Shown piece by piece: positions 60,913 to 64,000 of a stretch of DNA of 64,000 nt. The DNA is from a bacterium (GTDB lineage Bacteria > Patescibacteriota > Dojkabacteria > JAKAPS01 > JAJZLI01), in the NCBI GenBank assembly GCA_021816845.1, contig JAKAWT010000002.1, positions 213,329-277,328 on the forward strand, written 5' to 3'. Each line of letters starts with the position of its first letter. Position 1 is the stretch's first letter. The notes beneath the pieces are model-generated. The model did not search any database and had not been told where the DNA came from. It saw only the letters and a program-made list of their open reading frames with translations. The translations under genes and the position numbers were made by a program.

Positions 60913-62397
60913 ATGCTTGACCATTTTATAAAAAAAGGGAAAAAATACGGATATCTTAAAGACAATCATTGGCTAGAAAGCTCAAGTGGTGAGGTGATGC
61001 TATCAATATCCCCTATTAATAATGAGATAGTAGGTTATATGCAAAAAATGACAACAAGTGAAGTAGATGAAACTATCAAGTCATCAAAATTAGCATTCTC
61101 AAGTTGGAAAAATCAACCAATGAACATAAGAGTTCAAATATTAAAGAAAGCATCTAGAATTATATTTGATAACACAGCTCTAATAACAGCTTTGATTATT
61201 AAGGAAATTGCAAAACCATATAATGAGGCACTAGATGAAGTAATAAGGACTGCAGATTTAATATCATTTTATGCGGATGAGGGTTCTAGAATGATTGGAG
61301 AGGTTCTAACTTCAGATCTTTTTCCTAGATACACGAAATCAAAAACAGCAATTGTAGAAAGAGTACCTTTAGGTGTCATTTTATCTATACCTCCGTTTAA
61401 CTACCCTTTTAATGAATCTGCCCCTAAAATAGTTGGTGCGATAATATCTGGAAATACAGTTGTATTAAAACCACCATCTCAAGGGGGAATTACAGCATTA
61501 CTTCTTGGTGAAATATTTAAACTTGCAGGGTTACCTGATGGAGTTTTAAATATAATAACAGGGGATAGCTCGGTAATTGGAGATTTTGCAGTATCACATA
61601 CTGATATAGCAGGGATAAATTTTACAGGTAGTACTAAAACTGCTTTGCATATACAAAAAACCTTAGAAAAAGGAAATAGACTATTACCATTATTACTTAT
61701 GGGACTAGGAGGAAAAGATGCAGCTATTGTACTTGAAGATTCAGATATAAAAAATGCTGCATTAAATATAGCAGATGGAGCATTCACATATTCGGGTCAA
61801 AGATGTACTGCAATAAAAAGAGTATTGTTACAAGATACTATTGCAGATTTATTTTTAAGAGAATTAAAAAATATAGTTTTAAAAAAGTATATATTAGGTA
61901 ATCCCAATGACAAAAGTATAAATATGGGTCCTGTGATTAATGACAAACAGGCAGAGTATATTGAATCTCTTGTTAATGATGCAATCTCGAAAAAAGCTGT
62001 AGTTATATGTGGAGGACAAAGAAGTGGCAGATATATAGAAGCAACTATCCTCGATCATGTCAGCCTTGATTCAAAGCTTGCCTGGGAAGAGCCTTTTGGT
62101 CCAGTACTACCTATAATAAGAGTAAAAAATGTTACAGATGCAATAGATATAGCTAATAAATCAGAATATGGACTACAGAGTAGTGTCTTTACAAGTAATA
62201 TTGATACTGCGTTTGAAGTAGCAGAAAAATTAGAAGTTGGGGTTGTACAAATAAATGGTAAAGATTCAAGAGGTCCAGACAATTTTCCTTTCAACGGTGT
62301 TAAAAATTCCGGATATGGTAATATACAAGGTGCAAAGTATTTAATAGAATCTCTAACGAAACTAAAAACAACTGTAGTAAATAAAATTAATGTTTGA
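60913..62397 (+). CDS. aldehyde dehydrogenase family protein (GapN-like candidate)
   Basis: ALDH motifs: catalytic FTYSGQRCTA, EEPFGPV, glycine-rich GSTKTA; 494 aa. Confidence 0.75.
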   Translation: MLDHFIKKGKKYGYLKDNHWLESSSGEVMLSISPINNEIVGYMQKMTTSEVDETIKSSKLAFSSWKNQPMNIRVQILKKASRIIFDNTALITALIIKEIAKPYNEALDEVIRTADLISFYADEGSRMIGEVLTSDLFPRYTKSKTAIVERVPLGVILSIPPFNYPFNESAPKIVGAIISGNTVVLKPPSQGGITALLLGEIFKLAGLPDGVLNIITGDSSVIGDFAVSHTDIAGINFTGSTKTALHIQKTLEKGNRLLPLLLMGLGGKDAAIVLEDSDIKNAALNIADGAFTYSGQRCTAIKRVLLQDTIADLFLRELKNIVLKKYILGNPNDKSINMGPVINDKQAEYIESLVNDAISKKAVVICGGQRSGRYIEATILDHVSLDSKLAWEEPFGPVLPIIRVKNVTDAIDIANKSEYGLQSSVFTSNIDTAFEVAEKLEVGVVQINGKDSRGPDNFPFNGVKNSGYGNIQGAKYLIESLTKLKTTVVNKINV

Positions 62398-63805
62398 AAA
62401 TTCTATCCCTATAGATCTCAAAAGTAAATTATTCTTAAAAGCAATCCCCTATTCTTGTGGTTGTTATATTTTCACTGGATTTGGATCCAAGGGATCTGGA
62501 TCCAAGGGATCTGGATCCAAAGATAAAGTCTTATACATAGGAAAAGCCAAGAATTTAAGAAAAAGAGTAAGTCAGTATTTCAATATAGGAAATTTACCGA
62601 TAAAAACTCAAAAAATGCTTTCTCTGTCTAAATCTATAACATATATAGAAACAGACAACGAAGCCGAAGCTTTAATATTAGAGAGTAACCTAATAAAAAA
62701 ATATAGACCTAAATATAATATTCTTTTAAAAGATGATAAACAGTATGCCTGGGTAAAAATAACAAATGATGAATTTCCAAAGATTGAGAGAGTTAGAGAA
62801 AAAAAGAATGATAAGGCAACCTATTTTGGACCATATCCAAACGCCTACACTACAATCAAAGTTTTATCAAATCTAAGAAAGATTTTCCCATATAGAACAT
62901 GTAATCTAAAAATTCATGAAAGATCTTCTAGAGATGGAGAAATAACAAAACCCTTGGTACTAGTACCCAGGGTATGTATTTATTATCATATAGGACTTTG
63001 TACTGGACCTTGTGATAACTTACAGTCCAGAGAAGATTATATGAAGAATATAAATAACATAAAGAAGTTTTTTAAAAGTAAGAAACATCAAATTATAAAA
63101 GATTATGAAAAAGAAATGATAAAAGCATCAAAAGAAGAAAGATTTGAAGATGCAATAAAGCTAAGAGACAAGATAGAAGATATTAGGTATGTTACACAGA
63201 ACATAAAAGTAAATTTTGAAGATCCAGATGATCCAGAGAATAGAACATATACAAATAGAAAAAAAGAGAACATAGAAGCTTTAAAAAAGCTATTTTTAAA
63301 ACTCCATATTAAATATAACAATGGAAGGGTAGAATGCTACGATATATCTAATATACAAGGAAAATATCCTGTATCATCAATGGTTGTTTTCAAAGATGGA
63401 GAGATGTCAAAATCTAACTATAGAAAATTCAAAATTAAATCGGATGATACACCAAATGACCCGTTAATGATGTATGAAACACTAACTAGAAGACTCAAAG
63501 AGTCTAGAATCACTAATAAACCTAAAGATGTAAGTTTTAGTGAGGTTCCAGACTTAATTGTTGTAGATGGGGGTAAAACTCAAGTTAGTGCAGGAGCTAG
63601 AGCTTTAGAAGATTTAGGATTAACTATTCCACTTATTGGACTTGCAAAAAGATATGAAGAAATTTACCTACCTAATATAAAAGAGCCTATACGGTTAAAA
63701 CAAAATGACAAATCTTTATTGGTATTAAGACAAATTAGAGATGAAGCACATAGGTTCGCAATAACATTTCACAGACAAATACGATCGAAAGGAATGTATT
63801 CCTAA
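62390..63805 (+). CDS. uvrC: excinuclease ABC subunit C-like protein lacking the C-terminal HhH domain
   Basis: N-terminal GIY-YIG (CGCYIF...LYIGKAKNLRKRVSQYF, E...LE..LIKKYRPKYN), UVR motif (RFEDAIKLRDKIEDIRYV), RNase H-like endonuclease domain (GRVECYDISN, VVDGGKTQV, IGLAKRYEEIY, RDEAHRFAI); ends at 471 aa without the HhH tail; a repeat-encoded GSKGSGSKGSGSK insertion sits in the GIY-YIG loop. Confidence 0.7.
   Translation: MFENSIPIDLKSKLFLKAIPYSCGCYIFTGFGSKGSGSKGSGSKDKVLYIGKAKNLRKRVSQYFNIGNLPIKTQKMLSLSKSITYIETDNEAEALILESNLIKKYRPKYNILLKDDKQYAWVKITNDEFPKIERVREKKNDKATYFGPYPNAYTTIKVLSNLRKIFPYRTCNLKIHERSSRDGEITKPLVLVPRVCIYYHIGLCTGPCDNLQSREDYMKNINNIKKFFKSKKHQIIKDYEKEMIKASKEERFEDAIKLRDKIEDIRYVTQNIKVNFEDPDDPENRTYTNRKKENIEALKKLFLKLHIKYNNGRVECYDISNIQGKYPVSSMVVFKDGEMSKSNYRKFKIKSDDTPNDPLMMYETLTRRLKESRITNKPKDVSFSEVPDLIVVDGGKTQVSAGARALEDLGLTIPLIGLAKRYEEIYLPNIKEPIRLKQNDKSLLVLRQIRDEAHRFAITFHRQIRSKGMYS
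62478..62519. repeat. GGATC-palindrome tandem repeat (GGATTTGGATCC aag GGATCTGGATCC aag GGATCTGGATCC)
   Basis: Three 15-bp units translated in-frame within the uvrC-like gene. Confidence 0.7.
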
Positions 63806-64000
63806 GAATGTGTTCTTCAATAGGATAGGATTACACATTTGATAATATATAATATATATTATAAGGGGTAACCAGCTATAGAAACAGATATATGAAAAAT
63901 TCTAAGTATGTAGATATTGTCAATTAAGATAATGGAGAATACTTAAATATGTGTGTTATATGAATCCTTCTTAACCAATAAATCATATAGAAGAATAGAG

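Noticed and set aside
11832-62519. GGATC-repeat loci as CRISPR arrays
   Set aside because: Only 2-3 units per locus, spacers are 2-3 nt, the units are themselves palindromic, and no cas genes are present; they behave as mini-satellite/REP-like repeats instead.
1-64000. Alternative genetic code (code 25/4, UGA sense) as in some CPR lineages
   Set aside because: Many ORFs of 500-930 aa are intact under the standard code with TAA/TAG/TGA stops at expected family lengths; no sign of in-frame TGA within conserved domains.
1-64000. rRNA genes or riboswitch/ncRNA elements
   Set aside because: No stretch with rRNA-like conserved blocks seen; intergenic regions are mostly short and AT-rich without recognisable conserved ncRNA motifs that I can verify by eye.

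Overview
AT-rich (about 30% GC) bacterial chromosome segment with standard genetic code (long ORFs stay intact; TAA stops dominate). Gene content suggests a small-genome, Gram-positive-like, CPR/Patescibacteria-type organism. Supporting this are 12 tRNA genes without encoded CCA, parA-parB-lepB-PBP1A, two FemAB paralogs, an LPxTG-type surface protein, and phosphoketolase plus acetate kinase. The window carries housekeeping genes (SecG, Dus, UvrC-like, ParAB, LepB, PBP1A), two MacB-type ABC efflux modules, an ABC-F ATPase and two MFS transporters. It also carries scattered central-carbon genes (gpmI, TIM-like, GapN-like aldehyde dehydrogenase, cupin-type PGI candidate, ackA-xfp), several repeat-rich secreted proteins, and an Eco57I-like Type IIG restriction-modification enzyme with a companion methyltransferase sitting in a decayed, very AT-rich neighbourhood. 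The most unusual signal is a dispersed family of short tandem palindromic repeats with core GGATCYRGATCC (2-3 copies, 14-15 bp period) at at least 8 loci. They lie at gene boundaries and also in-frame inside coding sequences, where they encode Gly/Ser/Lys/Arg or Asp/Pro linkers; one insertion sits in the GIY-YIG loop of UvrC. Other oddities are a PEP-synthase-like protein with the catalytic His replaced by Ser and a Pro/Glu-rich repeat insert, a C-terminally truncated TIM-like ORF, a UvrC without HhH tail, paralogous GYY-DGG repeat proteins, a frameshifted YdeI-like gene and a remnant copy of a methyltransferase 3' end.
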